Shown here one piece after another: positions 25,488-25,741 of a DNA stretch of 25,741 nucleotides (positions within the stretch are counted from its first letter, which is position 1; every line of letters begins with the position of its first letter). Source of the DNA: a virus (lineage: Duplodnaviria; Caudoviricetes). The notes under the pieces are model-generated. The model was not told the DNA's origin, searched no databases, and was given only the letters and a program-made list of their open reading frames with translations. The translations under genes and the position numbers were made by a program. The stretch lies in IMG/VR virus record IMGVR_UViG_3300008629_000027, positions 1 through 25,741 of that record. One strand, 5' to 3'.

Positions 25488-25741
25488 TCTCCAGCGCCTC
25501 CAGACGCTCGGTGATCTCCTGAATAGCCTTGACCATGGGGGCGAGTAGTTCGGTGTAGGCGATGCCGTGAGGACCCTCATCAGAATAGTCCACGACAGCA
25601 GCGTCCGGGGCACACACCTTGGCGACATCCTGAGCCCCAAAGCCCCAGTGTTTCTTGTCAGGATCAGCCTTCAGGCGGTAGGACAGAGGCTTTAAACTGT
25701 TTACAAGACTTAGACCCGGTGACTCCGTGACCTCACCTTTC
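25480..25741 (-). CDS. C-terminal end of a fibre/spike protein with an S74 intramolecular chaperone (partial, starts beyond the right edge)
   Basis: Not in the ORF track. Manual translation: GLSLVNSLKPLSYRLK...HWGFGAQDV...GIAYTELLAPMVKAIQEITERLEALENG*. Confidence 0.88.
   Translation of the reverse strand, partial: KGEVTESPGLSLVNSLKPLSYRLKADPDKKHWGFGAQDVAKVCAPDAAVVDYSDEGPHGIAYTELLAPMVKAIQEITERLEALENG

Larger units (their letters stand above)
1..25741 (-). mobile_element. Myovirus-type phage/prophage genome segment (neck, contractile tail, baseplate, lysis and replication modules)
   Basis: Co-oriented, tightly packed run of sheath/tube/tape measure/baseplate genes followed by initiator, loader, helicase and primase. 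No host housekeeping genes, capsid, terminase, integrase or att site visible in the window. Confidence 0.93.

Noticed and set aside
25488-25640. N-terminal extension of the 25338..25640 ORF, and the long starts at 22318, 22655, 24013, 2187 and 18086
   Set aside because: They overlap upstream genes extensively; closer starts with an SD or stop/start overlap (or the frameshift, for 18086) fit better.
1-25741. tRNA, rRNA, CRISPR array, DGR, intein/intron, stop-codon recoding, rho-independent terminators
   Set aside because: Gaps are all under 80 bp; no repeat-spacer array or reverse transcriptase; genes are full length under the standard code with all three stops used; the hairpins found lack U-tracts.

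Overview
This 25.7-kb window is a segment of a high-GC tailed phage (or prophage) genome with a contractile tail. All credible genes lie on the minus strand and many have overlapping start/stop codons. In transcription order (right to left) they are: a partial S74-chaperone fibre gene; a 49-aa ORF; head-tail adaptor, stopper, neck and terminator candidates with a 436-aa orphan inserted among them; sheath; tube; tail assembly chaperone with a probable +1 frameshift extension; tape measure with a Zn-peptidase (M15) domain; tube initiator; LysM/gpX-like protein; hub; a 945-aa spike/fibre fusion; an M15+PG-binding lysin; gp25-, J- and I-like wedge proteins; a holin candidate; a SLOG-like unknown; and a replication cluster (wHTH initiator, DnaC-like ATPase, small unknown, DnaB, partial DnaG). 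An actinobacterial host is inferred from GC content and gene style, not shown. The most notable features are the PAAR-less central spike extended into a chaperone-dependent fibre, the CUU-UUA +1 frameshift candidate, low-GC domain patches inside several virion genes, and two structured intergenic elements. All product calls are motif and synteny recognition by eye; no searches were run.
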